64,000 nucleotides of DNA, from assembly GCF_009914755.1 (NCBI RefSeq), contig NC_060926.1, one strand, 5' to 3'. Shown here piece by piece: positions 45,575 to 64,000 of the stretch. Both the position numbers and the translations under genes were made by a program. The notes below the pieces were generated by a model. The model had not been told where the DNA came from. It did not search any database and saw only the letters and a program-made list of their open reading frames with translations. The DNA is from the human T2T-CHM13v2.0 reference genome, Homo sapiens. Position 1 is the first letter of the stretch. Each line of letters begins with the position of its first letter.

Positions 45575-45775
<201 letters not shown>

Positions 45776-46126
45776 TAGATAAAAAAGAATAAAGATGTTT
45801 TGATTACAAAAAAGCAGTTTAAAAAAATCACTGTTTAAATTGCACACATTTAAAAAATACTTAGTAGTCTAGATTTTATAATTATTTAAAAAGTTAATTG
45901 TAGGTAATTTATAATGTCAGTATTGTTTGAAAAAAATTATTATTTAATTATGGTTCCTAATATTCTAGATGACCTTTTTGTGTAAATAAGAAAACAAATT
46001 TTTAAGTTATTATGTTGTATGTTTTTTTATAGTCACATAATAATGAATTAGACTTTTTATATAATTAGAACTTCTATTTAATTTGTAAAATAAATTCTTT
46101 GCAATTACTAAATGAATCAATAATTA

Positions 46127-46255
46127 CAGTTGGCCCTTGAACAACATGGGATTTAGTGCTGCCAATCCCCATGCTGTTGAAAATACGTATTTGGTATGTT
46201 GTATATATTATATATTGTATTCTGAGTACAAGAAAGTAAGCTAGAGAAAGAAAGC
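46127..46255. mobile_element. Tigger2/MER28-like DNA transposon fragment
   Basis: ta|cagttggcccttgaacaacatggg terminal motif. Confidence 0.6.
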
Positions 46256-47529
46256 TTTTGCAGTAGTTACAGCTGTAGTTTCCTTGTAGTTCGATGCTTG
46301 AACTACTCTCAATCTAGTGTAAGGTGTTCACCCACCCATGGTAAAATAAAGTAAATTTACTCCATTTACTCATTTTAAAATGTTGGTCTTTTTCTTGCCC
46401 GCATGCCTTCTTCATTTGTTTTACTTAATTTTTTATTTGTAAAAAAACAATAATAGTTGATAGGGACTTTTTTTTCCTGTGAAAACCATCAGTGAAGAGG
46501 CCATGTTGATCTAGGAAATATAAAAGTATTTATTTGGTGGCAGTAGAAATATAAAGCAGAAGCAGAAAATAGGTACAGTTAGTTAATATGATTTAGTGAA
46601 CATTGAATGTAAAACATTAGTGAGGAGAGAGAAATCTTGGATCATTCATAGGTTTCCGGGTTGTGTACTGGCCTTTATACTGCACACAAGAAAGGAGTAG
46701 GACGTGTTCACTGAATGGAGAAGTACAGCTGGTCAACAGGGAAGAATAACTTCCCTTTCCTACAAATCTGAGGTTGGAGATGCAGACGTAGAATGATGTT
46801 ATTATAATTATTAGGCAAAGTCATCGATCTCAATGAGCTGTCCATGATGCAGATGTAGAATGAGAAGCTATCCTGTGACAAAACCCTGGGAATGTCAACA
46901 TTCCCTCCCAACCCCCAGGAAAAAAAGAGTTGGTAAAGGAGAATGAGCAGTGGCTAGAGAAAACTAGGAGAGGAGTCAGAGGAAGTGATGTTGCAAAAAT
47001 AAAAAAAGTGAGAATTTTAAGGAGGGAGTATGAATTCTAACAAGTAAGATTACTCAAAAGCCAATTAGATTTAACTTTTAAAAGCTCTTTGGCGGTACCC
47101 TTTTCAAAAGAACCATTTTTGAGGTGTAATGTGGGCTATTGATGTGATTGGTATGTCTGTTGTCCAAATATGGGGAACAAATCTACCAAGATCCTGTGTA
47201 ACCCTTTTGTAACTGCAGAAGCTACGTGCACAGGGTCAGGGAAAATGGTCTTGACTTCTGAGTACATGTGCCCACACTTTTACAGAATTGTCAAAACCTA
47301 AGGGTAATGTGTGAGAAAAACTGTGGTCTTCTTATCTGCTCCTTGTGGAAATACTTAGTTTGTACTGAAATCCCTGATAAGTTCTTCTGGATGCATTCTG
47401 AAACAAAAGTCTGGCAGTAGTAACTGGAACCAGCTTGTCCAAAGCACATACATCCCAACTCCCTCCAACATGGAATCATAACACAGCCGCATTTCGAGAG
47501 TTTCAAGTTTCAATCAGAAGTAGTCTACA

Positions 47530-49198
<1,669 letters not shown>

Positions 49199-49794
49199 AG
49201 AAGTAGCCTACATACGAGCAGTTTGGAGAAGCTGATGTCTTTTATAATAATGTCATGGAGAAAAATATAAGGTGATATGCTAAGTATACCAAGTCTCTGT
49301 GTTCTGGGACACTTTGTTTTAGTGCAATTCCCTTTTCATGACCTCTTGTAATATCTCTGCTTTTACTGTTTTCTTTTTTAATTTCACCCCTAAAGAAAAT
49401 ATTATTAGAACACATTTCTAACACAGGTATTTTTGACAACTATATATGATTTTCTTTTAAGAGAATTAGCTACCTGTTCTAAAGTATATCTGGTATTCTA
49501 TTAATCTTTAATGCTAAACTTCTTTATATCTTTAGCACAGTGACAGTGTAAGTGATGCTGCTCCTTTAAGATTTTAAGTTTCTTTTAAATTTTCAAACTT
49601 TATATGTCTTTTAAATTTTCAAATTAAGTTAAGACACTTAAGGTGTATTTAAAATTTTCAAACTTGACATAGTTTTAATGTAAAACACTTTTCTGGTATT
49701 ATATTTCTTCAAATATTGGTAATCTGTTACTTAGCTGGAATATTTGGTCAGTTGGATTACCACACCTTTAACCATTTATATATAAGTTTCTTGA

Positions 49795-50097
49795 TTTTTT
49801 TTTTTTTGAGATTGAGTCTTTTGCTGTTTCCCAGGCTGGAGTACAATAGTGTGATCATAGCTCACTGCAGCCTCAAACTTCTGGGTTCAGGTGGTCCTCC
49901 TACCTCAGCCTCCTAAGTCGGTGAGACTGCTACAAGCATATGCCACCACACCAAGCTAACTTTTTTATTTTTTATTTTTTAGAGACAAGGGTCTCTCTCT
50001 CTTACCCAGGCCAGTCTCAAACTTTTGGCTTCAAGTGATCCTCCTGCCTCAGCCTCCCAAAGTGCTGGAATTATAGTCACGAGCCATCGTGCTGGTC
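49795..50097 (-). mobile_element. AluJ-like SINE
   Basis: Diverged reverse-complement Alu dimer. Confidence 0.85.
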
Positions 50098-50342
50098 TAT
50101 AACTTCCTTTATTCCCCAAAATGAGTTTAAAGTCCTATTGGCCCTTAATAAGAAAAACCCACTGTTTGGGAGCCGAAGTGGATAACTCATCCTACATTTT
50201 AAATGCAGTTTTTGACTTTTTGACCTGTTCTATGAAGAACTGCCCTTAACAGATGATTTTTAGTTTTAATAGATATTTTTAGTTTTATAAGAACTTAAGA
50301 AAAAAGATTAGAAACAAATTAAATGAGCTCTATGATCGATAG

Positions 50343-50726
<384 letters not shown>

Positions 50727-51235
50727 TACTAATACATTTTAGAGACAGGGTCTCACTCTGTTTCCCAGGCTGGAGTGCAATGGTTGTTCACAGGCACAAT
50801 CTCCACTGCAGCCTCAAACTTTTGATCTCAAGCAATCTTCCTGCCTCAGCCGTTGGAGTAGTTGGGACTACAGGTGTGTGTCATTGCACCTGGCCTGATC
50901 CCCAATTATTATAAAAGAAACCTTGGTGAGTTGAAGACAATTGGCTGTGATCTTTTTGTTTCTCTTCTAGAAGCTTTCATACTATGGGATATATTTTTAA
51001 TCATCCATATTCTCAAATTTTTATTCTGGTTAAAATAGGATTGCTGCTTGTTTTTCATTATTTTTTGGCATAATTATTTCTATTCCTTTATGGATTTATT
51101 CATGCGGAAATACAGGAATCTCAAAGGCAACCGTTAAGGAGAACAGATTAGGGAAAGGTGTTTTATAAACAGCCTTCTGATCGTAGTCACAGGTCACATC
51201 ACCTTAAAGAAAACTAATTTCATATAATGCCATTA

Positions 51236-51785
51236 TGTCAGAGTTTCCCAAGACCACCTCTGTGTTTGGCGATTCACTTGGAAGGACTCAGCAAACAGTG
51301 CTACTCTGGGCTTTGATTTGTTACAGTGAAAGAATACATAGTAAAATTGACTCAGGGCAAAGGGGCATGTGGCAAGTCTTGGGGAAGCCAGGCACAAGCT
51401 TCCGGGAGCCCTCTCCTGTGGAGTTACCAGGATGTGCTGAATTCCTGTAGCTTCGAATTTTGACAGCACATGGGCAATATTGTCTACCAGTATGAGTCTG
51501 ACTAGAGACTTACACAGTATCCAAGGTTCTTATGGAAGCTAGTTACATAGGCATTCTGTCTCACACATATACAAAAATTCCACACTTCCAGAAGAAAAGC
51601 AGCTGTTCAGAGTCAACCACATTGTTTATGCAAACAGTTTAGGTACAGTGAGCTACTTTTCTCAGGAAATGGTGACAAACCTTTAAAATACAAATTTCCA
51701 AACACCAGCGAAGGGCCAGTTTTGCATGTAGGCCTTTCTAAGAATGACAGTCTTATGACTGTTATATGCATTATTTTCTTCACAG
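51236..51785 (-). mobile_element. MER21/MER77-like ERV LTR remnant
   Basis: tgtcagagtttcccaagaccacc...gattcacttggaaggactca motif. Confidence 0.55.
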
Positions 51786-52357
51786 CAGTTACAGCCCCAA
51801 CTTAATTTTAGGTGTCTTAAAAATTCTATTTGATAGTGAATAACATGGTAATATAACATAGCATGGTGCTTATTTCATTTGCGTCAGTTGCAACTTAATA
51901 TGAAATACTAAGTTTCTGTGCTGTTAGATTTTGGAATTTTGGTGAATATTTAACAGGTCTCTATACAGAAGTTACTATGGCAATATTAGATAATTATAAT
52001 CTGTTCTTATTCGATTAACCTTTCAGTAAAATGGTTAGATAAAATAAGTAATGATTTCTCATTTAAAATTAAAATAAAAAATTTGTTTCATTTTAATTAT
52101 ATAGATGGTTCAGTTTTGTTTTATATTTTGTTAAATTTCTGTTTATAATTATGAAATTTAAAAAATCAATCATTTATCAATTATTTTCTTGCCTGTAAAT
52201 ACAGTTAAGTTATTTGCTTTATGTACTTTTATATACTATAATTCTGGAGAGAATATTCATATTGTGTTTCAAATTGAGTACATATTGCCATAATATATGT
52301 TAATATAGCAATATATTAGTAATAGAAGATTCAGTGAAAATCTTTTTAAAAAATTAA

Positions 52358-52760
52358 TAACTTTATTTTAAGAGCAGTTTTATATTCTCAGCAATATTGA
52401 AAAGAACCTAAAGAGATTTTTCATATACGCCATCCCCCCTCACGTGCATAGCTCCCCCCATTTTCAATATCTCCCACCTGAGTGGTACATTTGTTACAAC
52501 TGAGAAGCTTACATTGTTGCATCATAATAATCACCCAAAGTCCATAGTTTATATTTAAGTTCCCTCTTGGTATTGTACCTTCTATAAAGCTGGACAAATG
52601 TATAATAAATGTACCCGCCATTAGAATACTTTTGCTGCCCTGAAATTTGTCTCTTTTTTTATTCCTCCCTCACAACTAACCCCTGTCAACTACTAATATT
52701 TTTGCTGTCCCCATAGTTTTGATATGTCCAGCATAGTCATATATTAAGGATAACATAGTG
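52358..52760 (-). mobile_element. Old L1MA/MB 3'UTR fragment
   Basis: ggtacatttgttacaact...tcacccaaagtccatagtttat motif. Confidence 0.65.
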
Positions 52761-53832
52761 GATATCTTTTTCAATATTACAGAACATAATTTCCAAGATA
52801 GTTGAATGTATTCAATTAAGCTATCCATTGTGCTTTTTTGCTTTTAGTTTATTAATGTAGGATTTAATGGCATATGCTTTACATGTTGAAAAAGCATAAT
52901 TTATATAGACATTTGCCACATAATGGGGAGGGTTGAGGAAAATGACTTCATGCTGTGTACTACACAGCACTAACTGGATCATCCTTCTCTGTGAGATGGG
53001 TCCAGATAGACTAGCAGTGGAAAGGGACAATCTCAAGACGTTGTACTTTATAAAACGAGTCAGAAAGTCTTTCCTATTTACCTTGCAGTTGGAAATAAGA
53101 CCAGCTAGTAAATACTGTAGGCATACAAATATGTTTCTTATTCACCTTCTTTCTTTGAGGGATCACTTTGAAGACAGTCTATATTATTATAACATGACTC
53201 ACTTATAACTAGGTTCTCCATCATGAAAAATGCCAAGAGAGTCATACTATTTTTGTTTACATAAAGTGACAAAGATTTGTTGTTGTTGTTGTTGTTTTTC
53301 CCACTAGGTAGTGAGACAACTGTTGGCACATCTTGGTAGCTCCAGTGAGTTTATGGTTCCTTTATATATATTTTATATATTAGAAAGTACTCCCTGGCAA
53401 CTTGCCATACCATTCCCAGTATTTCTTTGTAAGCTTCTCTCTGACAAGGAAACAAGACTCAGATTGGATAAACTTTTAAGGGAGTGATATTTTCTCTGTG
53501 TGTGTTTTTTTGAAGGAGCTAAAAAAGAAAGCTGAATTTAAGGATTGTTTGTGCCCTACATAGGGTGAATGAATAGCTAGAACTAAGCAAGCTTACCGCA
53601 TCTTCCCTAGGAGAGGATTAGTGAGAGTAAGGACACTGATCTCTCTTAGGCTCTTCTGCACTGGCAGCTGAAAAGTCTTTGCAGGGATCCTTGACCCTGC
53701 TCTGTATCCTGTGTTTTGCCATAGAATAGAGTACAGTTTTCATAGATCTAGATTTTTTGAATTAGAGTGCTTTATCCTAAATAGTTTAAACTGAAGAGGT
53801 GGAGAAACTGTTGTGTTTCAACAAAATAAGTA

Positions 53833-54500
53833 CAGTAATTTCCTCTTACACATGGGGGATACATTTCAAGACCCTTAGTGAATGCCTGAAAACATGAATA
53901 GTGCTGAACTCTATGTGTACAATAATTTTTAAAAATACATATATATCTATAATAAAATTTAATGCATAAATTAGGCACAATAAGAGATTAATAATATCTA
54001 ATGGTAAAGTAGATCAATTGTAACAATATACTGTAGTAAAAGTTATGTGAATGTGAGCTCACAAAATATCATGTACTATAGTCACCCTACTTTCTGCACT
54101 GATGTGAGATGATAAAATGGCTATGTGATAAGTGAGGCAAATGCAGTAGGCATTGCCATGTAGTCTTAGGCTACTATTGACCTTCTATTTGACTATATGT
54201 CAGAAAGAAGATCATCTGCTTCACGTGATCCTGGATCCGTGAACCATGATGATATTGTTGGTTGGATGTTAGGTACAGATTATGTCAATGACTAGTGAGT
54301 AGATATCATATATAATGTGTATGCACTTGACAAAGGGACGATTCACATCTTGGGCAGACTGGGATGTAATGGCTCAAATTTTGTCATACTACTCAGAATC
54401 TTAGGCAATTTAAACCTTATGATGTGTATACATCTGGAATTTTATTTATGGACCATGGTTGACCATGGGTAACTGAATCTGCAGTCAGTAAAACCACCAA
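53833..54500. mobile_element. MER44/Tigger7-like DNA transposon
   Basis: cagtaatttcctctta...gggggatacatttcaagaccc start; ggaccatggttgaccatgggtaactgaa near the end. Confidence 0.7.
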
Positions 54501-55335
54501 TGTCATATTATGAAATATATATTTGGTCTTCAACCCCATTTTCTGTCATACAACTCCTAAAATCCTCAGAATTTCCAAGATGATATCATCTGTATGCTAA
54601 TGATTGACTTATGGCAGGCAGCCTCCAGATGGCTTCAGGGTGGGGCTCATCATCATAGTGATCAGGGTGTGATTAGAGGGTTGGGACTTCCAGCCCCACC
54701 CCTCACCTCCTGGGATGTGAGAGGGGCTGAATGTTCAATTAATCAGTCATGCCTATGTAATGAAGCTTTCATAAAATCCCAAAAGGATTGGATTTGGAGA
54801 GCATCCAGGTAGCTGTATTCAGCTACCTGGATGCTCTCCAATACATGAAGGCATATGGAGAATACATGGATGTTCCCAGAGGGTGAGTGCCCTGGGAGGA
54901 CATGGAAGCATGTTACTTTCCCCCCGTATCTTGCACTATGCATCTCTTTATCTGTATCCTTTAATATTCTTTATAAGAAACTGGTAAATGTGTTTCCATG
55001 AGTTCTCTGAGCCACTCTAGTAAATTAATCAAACCAAAGAGGGGGTCCTGGGAAACCCAACTTGAAGTCCAACTGGAAGTTGATTAGAAGTTCTGGAGGC
55101 CCAGACTTGTAACTGCTGTGGGGGAATAGCCTTGTGGTACTGAGCCCTCAAAATGTGGGATCTGACACAATCCCCAAGTAGGTAGTGCCAGAATTACAGG
55201 GCACCCATAGGAATTGATTGTTTGCTTGTTGCTGGGGAAAAATACATATTTGGTCACAGAAATCTTCTGTGCTGATGATTGTTGTTGCGGTGTGAGAGAA
55301 GAGGAACATCATGTTGAATATGTGTTTTCTACACA
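54501..55335 (+). mobile_element. MER21 (MER21B-like) ERV LTR
   Basis: tgtcatattatgaaatatatatttggtcttc...catacaactcctaaaatcc start. Confidence 0.75.
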
Positions 55336-55749
55336 TACAGCAGATAAGGGGGACTGCTGTTCTAGCTGCACCTGGTTCATTTGTCCAGAAATCATGTTCT
55401 TTGACAATGCCTGCTCATTATATTGATTCTACTAATGATGCCATTTTCTGTCAGTGTGATAGGATTCTGTTAGAATTATGACTATTTTATACTGCAATTC
55501 ACATGTAAGGTAACAAATTTTGATAATCTTCTTTGCATTTGATAAGTATATGCTAAGCACATAAGAAAGGAAAAAGGGTTCTTAATTCATTAGTTGCCTA
55601 CAAATAGTATAAATAATAATTTTAGTGTAGCCTCCAAGTATGTTTCTAAAGAACTGCTTTGTAACAAATCATGAGAGTCTCTGTAATAAAGCATCAAAGT
55701 CTTATACTTTTTTTCCTACAAGGTCTAAGGCATGTACAAAAGTTCATAA

Positions 55750-56178
<429 letters not shown>

Positions 56179-56209
56179 ACATATATATATATACACACAC
56201 ACACACACC

Positions 56210-57703
<1,494 letters not shown>

Positions 57704-60700
57704 GTGTGCAGTTTTATTTGGGAGTGTGTGTGGGGTACCTCTGAGTTTCAAAAATGAAGAAAGTAAGTAGTCATGCTTTCCTGACTCTTTGGTAGACATA
57801 GCCTTTAAGACAGTCATTCTGAGCTGTTATGGTCTTAGGGTTCCCTATACTACTAAAACTTATTGATGACATGTAACCAAGAACTTGAATTAAATTTTTT
57901 TTTAAAAAAAGAAAAAGAAATCACCCAAATGCACATTAAAAACCTCTTACAACATATGTGCATATTCCTAGATAACATGTAGAACTTGATTTTGTGTATT
58001 AAAACCTTGTAGAAAAGTTCAGACAGTGCACAAAATGACTGCAACTTGGTCTTTGTAAAATCAGTGATATATATTTCAGATCTATCCATGTTGACCCAGT
58101 GAGGTATTTGATTTATTGTATGATCTAATGATATGCCATGTGATGACTGCAGCATATTTAATTATGCTCTCTTCGTGTTGATACCATATGGACATAAATA
58201 TGGTGACATACCAGCATGGATATGCTTATGTGGTTGCTTTTATTGATTTGTACTATATTAGAAATGAAACAGAAGTATGGGAAATCCTAGCAAGCATAGC
58301 TGTATCTCTCCCATGGCTGTGTTGATTGCAACTGTTTCCCCCTTAAAGCATGTATTTTTGACATGTCATGACCCTGAGAAAATCCAGTGTGTGCTTTTCA
58401 GAGAATGACAGTAAGGAGAGGAAATGGCCGATGGTCAAAGTGTTACTTGTCCTCTTGGCTCCCCCTCATGAATGTTAAACTCTAATCTACTCAGGTCACA
58501 ATTTAGAACCCCTTTGTTGATCCCTATAGAGTGTTCCTGGATGTCAAATGACAAATAGGCCCTTGAAGAAAAAACACCCTGTAAAGCTGTATTGCTCTGG
58601 TTTTTGTGTGTGAATGTGTGTGTGTGTTTGTGTGTGTGTGTATTTTTTTCTCTTCTGAAAACTGTAAATAGAATAATTTTCATTACAAATGAAAATATTT
58701 CTGTTCCATATTTATTTCCTGTCTCATGGCACTCTGCTCTTCTTGGATCTAGTAAGGATCTCAGCGTGTCTTATTTGTACCTGCAAAAAATTACACCATT
58801 CTTCATTTTTCATGTCAATTACTGACATGTTTTCAAGTCTTCACAAGTTATTTCTGAAGATGTTGGTGCATTGAGGAGAGGCAGTGTCATTGGAGTTAAA
58901 GAAGTTTTTAAATAGGTTATGTTCAATAACATTTCAGAACCCATTTCTCTGGAAGGCATAGACATAGTGGTTTTATGTGTAGTTAAACATAAAATAGCTC
59001 CACAAAGTCTTACGTATGTGAAAGTGTTCATATCCTGGAAGATTCTAATTTACTACTCAGTGCTGTCTGCTGGAGAGGAAAATAGGTAAGATAGGCTGCT
59101 GAGCCTATGATAATAACTCATAATATGATGGGAAAGCATAGAGACAAAATAAGAGACGATAGATACTCAAACCAATGTGAGTGAAGAACAGCTGTGAAAG
59201 AGTGTCTATGGGAGAGAGGAAGCCATGGGGCTGCTTTTGTGAAGAAGGAATTTGTACACGTTAGTCAAGTGTCTGATACATTTAACATTTTAATAAAGCA
59301 AAACCTTATCTTCACATGTGTCAGAATGGGATTGTACGAATGTCACATACAGTAGTGGTGAGAATAATGAAGAAATGAATGTGGAGGGCAAAGAATGAAG
59401 TCCACCAATATGGTTATTAGATTTATGAATGAAAAAGAGTGTATGTCAAATTAGGCAAACAAAGAAAGCAGCTAGTTAGGTAATTTGCAGGTTTCTGATG
59501 AGGAGACTTGTGGGGAGTCACTTAATGGAAAGTGGAAGTTAGAAGGATGAGGGTGACCCACAGGGCTTCATTTCTCCTCCCTAGAAGTTTTGCACATCAA
59601 TGATATGTTCTTCGTTCACATCAGTTAGCATATTGGGATGCAGCTTAATCTAGAAAAAGTGTTTTTTTTTTCTTTAGGAAAGCTGTGTTGGCTGAGGTAG
59701 TTATTTCATAAAAGGACCTGAGAGACCCCTATGGTATATTATATCAAACTAGCTTTAGAAACAAAGTAATAAAATAATGTATATCTTGAGTACTAAAAAA
59801 AACTACCAATATTCTTGGCAATCATGACATATATATATATATTTACATATATATATATTTGGTTGGTTATTAATAAGAAAAGAAGTCTCTTGTGATTTAG
59901 AGATTTTGTTTACCTTATTTACATGGGAATCTGATTATGCATGATTTCTTTGACATGTATGTTTTTGCAAAAGTGGAAAAAGAGATGGCAAAAGAGCTGA
60001 ACTGCTGAATCCGGGAAATGTAGGAATATTAGGAGCCTTCATGAGTACAAAGAAAATGATTTTTTAAATTATGACTCTAAGTATAACTGAACTCACTTCA
60101 GATGCATTTAGAATATTTGCATAAAAGATGATTTGATTTTGGCTGCTCCAGAAACTACTGGCAGAAGGAAAGAGTACTAGAATTCAGATAAACCACAGTG
60201 ACTCGTTACTTCTCTTTGTTACTATTGGGAATCAGAGACATAGATTTTGTTGATATTAGTTATTCAAATGAAATAAACATGAATGTGCATACATTGGCTT
60301 TGTTTTTCAAGGAGCTAACTTTTGGATGCAATAGCAATTTAATGAAAATTCTTCAGAGAATAACATGATACTTCAAACCAGACTATTTTAGAAACAAAAA
60401 TAATGTTGAATTCATTAATTGATTAATAAAATGGTTATTTTCAATGAATATTGGAGTCATTTCCAAATGTGCAAGCTTATTAATATCTAATGCTTGTAGC
60501 AGTTTTATTTTGTAGAAGTATGTCAATATTGACAAATGATGATACTTTTTATTGAGGTTTATATATTATACCTTATTGCCGTGAGTGGATGAAAAAACTT
60601 TCAGAAGGCTGAACTAGAGAACACAAGAAACTTGGGCAATTATTACACCACATGGTTCTGAGAAATAATGAATACTGTCTACTAGGATTCACCAAACATA

Positions 60701-61239
60701 TATCCAAGCTGATCAATTTAGGACACTTCCACTGAGGAGATGTGAAGTGTACATTCAGCTGAAGTGTCATCGTAATTGTGTACCTTCTCAGTTATCGGGC
60801 AAGTTAAAGAGCATGATGAATGGTTGTAGTATAATGGTGTATTTCCTTCTCATCTCTTGCACTAAAGACATGTGACAGCATGTACCACCTGCTTTGACAT
60901 TGATTCCCAGGTGCATGAGTTGCTTCTCTGTTTTTAGACCACATTTGTTTTTATCCCTCCATATATCCACAATGATACTGACACTGTTTCATTTTAGTTT
61001 TAGACATATGAAAAATCATATCACATTTGAAATTGTAAGTGTATTTTTCATGAAGCCTGTGTTGGTGTTTTCTTCAGTGTATTTCTGTCATGTTCCAGTC
61101 CCAAGACACAAAGTATAAAACATAAAAACCTAAACTAATAGGGGCAGGAGGATACAGCTTGATGGTAACAGTGCATGAATGTATGGATAATTTTATCATA
61201 TTTACATATGATTGATTATGTATCCCTTTTGCTTTTCAG

Positions 61240-61268
61240 TGTCTTCTCAGAAACAACCAGCCTTGAAG
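61240..61268 (+). CDS. ANKRD36: ANKRD36 coding exon 7, 29 nt (VSSQKQPALK)
   Basis: ttttcag/gtaat; phases 1/0. Confidence 0.92.
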
Positions 61269-61311
61269 GTAATTACACATTCATTTCTGTTTTGAACTAT
61301 TAACTATATAG

Positions 61312-61500
<189 letters not shown>

Positions 61501-63117
61501 TAAATCGCAGGGAGCTCATTGAATCTGCACATTCTGATTCAGCAGGCCTGAGATTCTGCTTTTGTGATAAGTTCTCGGGTGACGCCGATGCTACTGGTCC
61601 TTGGCCATGATCTCAGTATTAAGATTATGTTCTTCCCCACAGTGAAATTGGCAAGAATGATTGGAGAGCAGTGCAAGATATAACAGGCAAAGGGACAGCA
61701 TATTCTTACTTTAATTCTACAGCATAGTTCCATCATAAAGGGAAGGAGAAAGAGATTAAGTAATAAAAATTATAGGTGTCAGATCAGATTGTTAAAACCA
61801 CATGGAAGAAGTGATTGGAATAAACCATAAACAATGTAGAAAGAGAACTAAGGAGACCTCTGATGTGGTAATTATTTTACTCAAGGAAGAGGGATTGAGG
61901 CAAGAAGGAGGGAAAAGAAGATGTTATTTATGTAATTTTGGGGTTTCTGCTGCAGAAACCTGATGGGACTCACTTCAGATGCATTTGGAATATTTGCATA
62001 GAAGAAGATTAGATTTTGGCTGCTCCAGGAACTACTGGAAGCAGGATAGATTGCTAGAATTGTGATAACCCACAGTGACTCATTACCCCTCTTTGTTACT
62101 ATTGGGCATCAGAGATATATGTTTTGTTGGTATTAGCTATTCAAATAGGCTAATCATGAATATGCATATATTTGCTTTGTTTTTAAAGGAACTAACTTTT
62201 GGATAAAATAGCAATTTAATGAAAATAGTTTAGAGAATAACATGATCCTTCAAACCAGACTATTTTAGAAACAAAAATAATGTTGAATTCATTAATTGAC
62301 TCCTAAAGTGGTTATTTTCAATGAATATCAGAGCAATTTCCAAATGGAAAAGCTTATTCATATCTAATGATTTCAGTAACTTTATTTTGTATAAGTATGC
62401 CAAATTTGATGGTTTATTATACTTTTTGATGAGGTTTGTATATTATACTTTCTTGCCATGAGTGGGTGAAGAAACTTTCTGAAGGCTAAACTAGAGGATC
62501 CAAGAAATGTAGGCACATTATGACACCACAGGGGTGTGAGAAATAAGGAATATTATATGCTAGGATTCACCAAACATATATTTAAGCTGATCAATTCGGA
62601 ACACTTCCACAGAGCACTTGGGAAGTGTACATTCAACTAAAGTGCCATTGTCCTTGTGTACCTGCTCAATTGTCAGGCAAGTTTAAGAGCATGATAAATA
62701 TTTGTAGTATAATGGTATAAATCCCTCTGATGTGTTACATGAAAAACATGCAGGAGCAATAATCACCTGCTTCGACATTGATTCCCAAGTGTATGAGTCA
62801 CTGCTCTGATTTTAGATCACATTTGTCCTCATCACTCGGCATATCCACATTGATATAGACACTGTTTTATTGTAGTAATAGACATGTGAAGAATAATATC
62901 ACATATGAAATTGGAAGTGTTTGTTGCGTGAAGACTATACTTCTGTTTTCTACAGTGTAATTCTGTCATGTTCCTGTCCCAATACACAAAGTAGAAAACA
63001 TCAAAGCCTATGCTAATTCAGGCAGGAGGATACAGCTTGATGGTAACACTGCATGAAAGTATGGATAACTTTATCATATTTACATATGAGTGATTATGTA
63101 TCCCTTTTGGTTTTCAG

Positions 63118-63146
63118 TGTCTTCTCAGAAACAACCGGCCTTGAAG
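63118..63146 (+). CDS. ANKRD36: ANKRD36 coding exon 9, 29 nt (VSSQKQPALK)
   Basis: Repeat copy of exon 7; ttttcag/gtatt. Confidence 0.92.
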
Positions 63147-63227
63147 GTATTATACTCTCATTCATATTTTGAATAATTAACTGTATAGTCTATGGAATAT
63201 ACTGTAGGTATTGATTATTTTGTTTGA

Positions 63228-63332
<105 letters not shown>

Positions 63333-64000
63333 TAATGCCATGTACAGTCAAGATAGAGAACTTCCCTTCCCCAAATAAATCAGCAGGGGGCTCATTGAAG
63401 CTGCGCATTCTGATTCAGCGGGCCTGAGATTCTGCATTTGTAATAAGTTCTGGAGTGATGGTGATTCTGCTGATTTTTGGCCATGATCTGAGTAGTAAGA
63501 TTTTAGACTTCCCTACATTGAAATTGGGAAGAAGAACAATTGGAGAGCAGTTCAAGATACAAGAGTCTGAGGGGACAGCATAATTTTGCTTTAATTCTAC
63601 AGCATGTCTCCATGAAGAGGGGAAGGAGAACAAGATGAAGTACTAGAAATTATAGGCGCCTGATCACATTGCTAAAACCAGAGGGAAGAAATGATCGTAA
63701 TAAGCCATAAACACTATAGAATGAGAAGTAACAAGACCACTGATGTAGTAATTATTTTCCTCAGGGAAGAGGGATTGTGAGTCAGGAAGAAGGGAAAAGA
63801 AGTTATTTGTTTAATTTTAGGGTTTCTGCTGAGGAAACCTGAGGGAACTCACTTCAGATGTGTTTAGAATGTTTGCATAAAGGAAAATTTGATTTTGGCT
63901 GCTCCAGGAACTACTGGAAGCAGGATAGAGTGCTAGAATTGTGATGAACCACAGTCACCTGTTTCCCCTCTTTGTTATTATTGGGCATCAGAGATATATG

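Noticed and set aside
59070-59090. Possible cryptic micro-exon in intron 6 ending in AG|GTAAG
   Set aside because: Exons 6 and 7 already join in frame (phase 1) to give the recalled protein; there is no support beyond a donor-like motif.

Overview
Primate, almost certainly human, genomic DNA matching the 2q11.2 segmental-duplication region. It is not prokaryotic: no CRISPR array, operon, rRNA or tRNA was seen. In order: (1) the last six exons of a GPAT2 paralog or pseudogene (+ strand, 35-1856). (2) Tail-to-tail with it, the complete FAHD2B gene (- strand; 7 coding exons joining to a 945-nt, 314-aa ORF, plus a non-coding exon 1 in a CpG island at ~13.3-13.5 kb). (3) About 18 kb of repeat-dense intergenic DNA with a 7SL pseudogene and a four-level nested L1/L1/L1/Alu insertion. 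(4) The CpG-island promoter and first 10 coding exons of ANKRD36 (+ strand), ending in the start of its ~1.88-kb tandem array, where each unit carries a 29+73-nt exon pair. All protein-coding content belongs to known genes, and I found no new multi-gene system. The most unusual signals are non-coding. A 72-bp inverted repeat brackets the frame-symmetric ANKRD36 exon 5. Two back-to-back near-loopless palindromes sit in intron 3, and a perfect 22-bp fold-back lies inside an old LTR. There is also a hairpin-filled L1 deletion junction, a wobble-preserved MADE1 (miR-548-type) hairpin and a probable U6-chimeric retrocopy. Gene names and repeat subfamilies come from recalled sequences, not from database searches.
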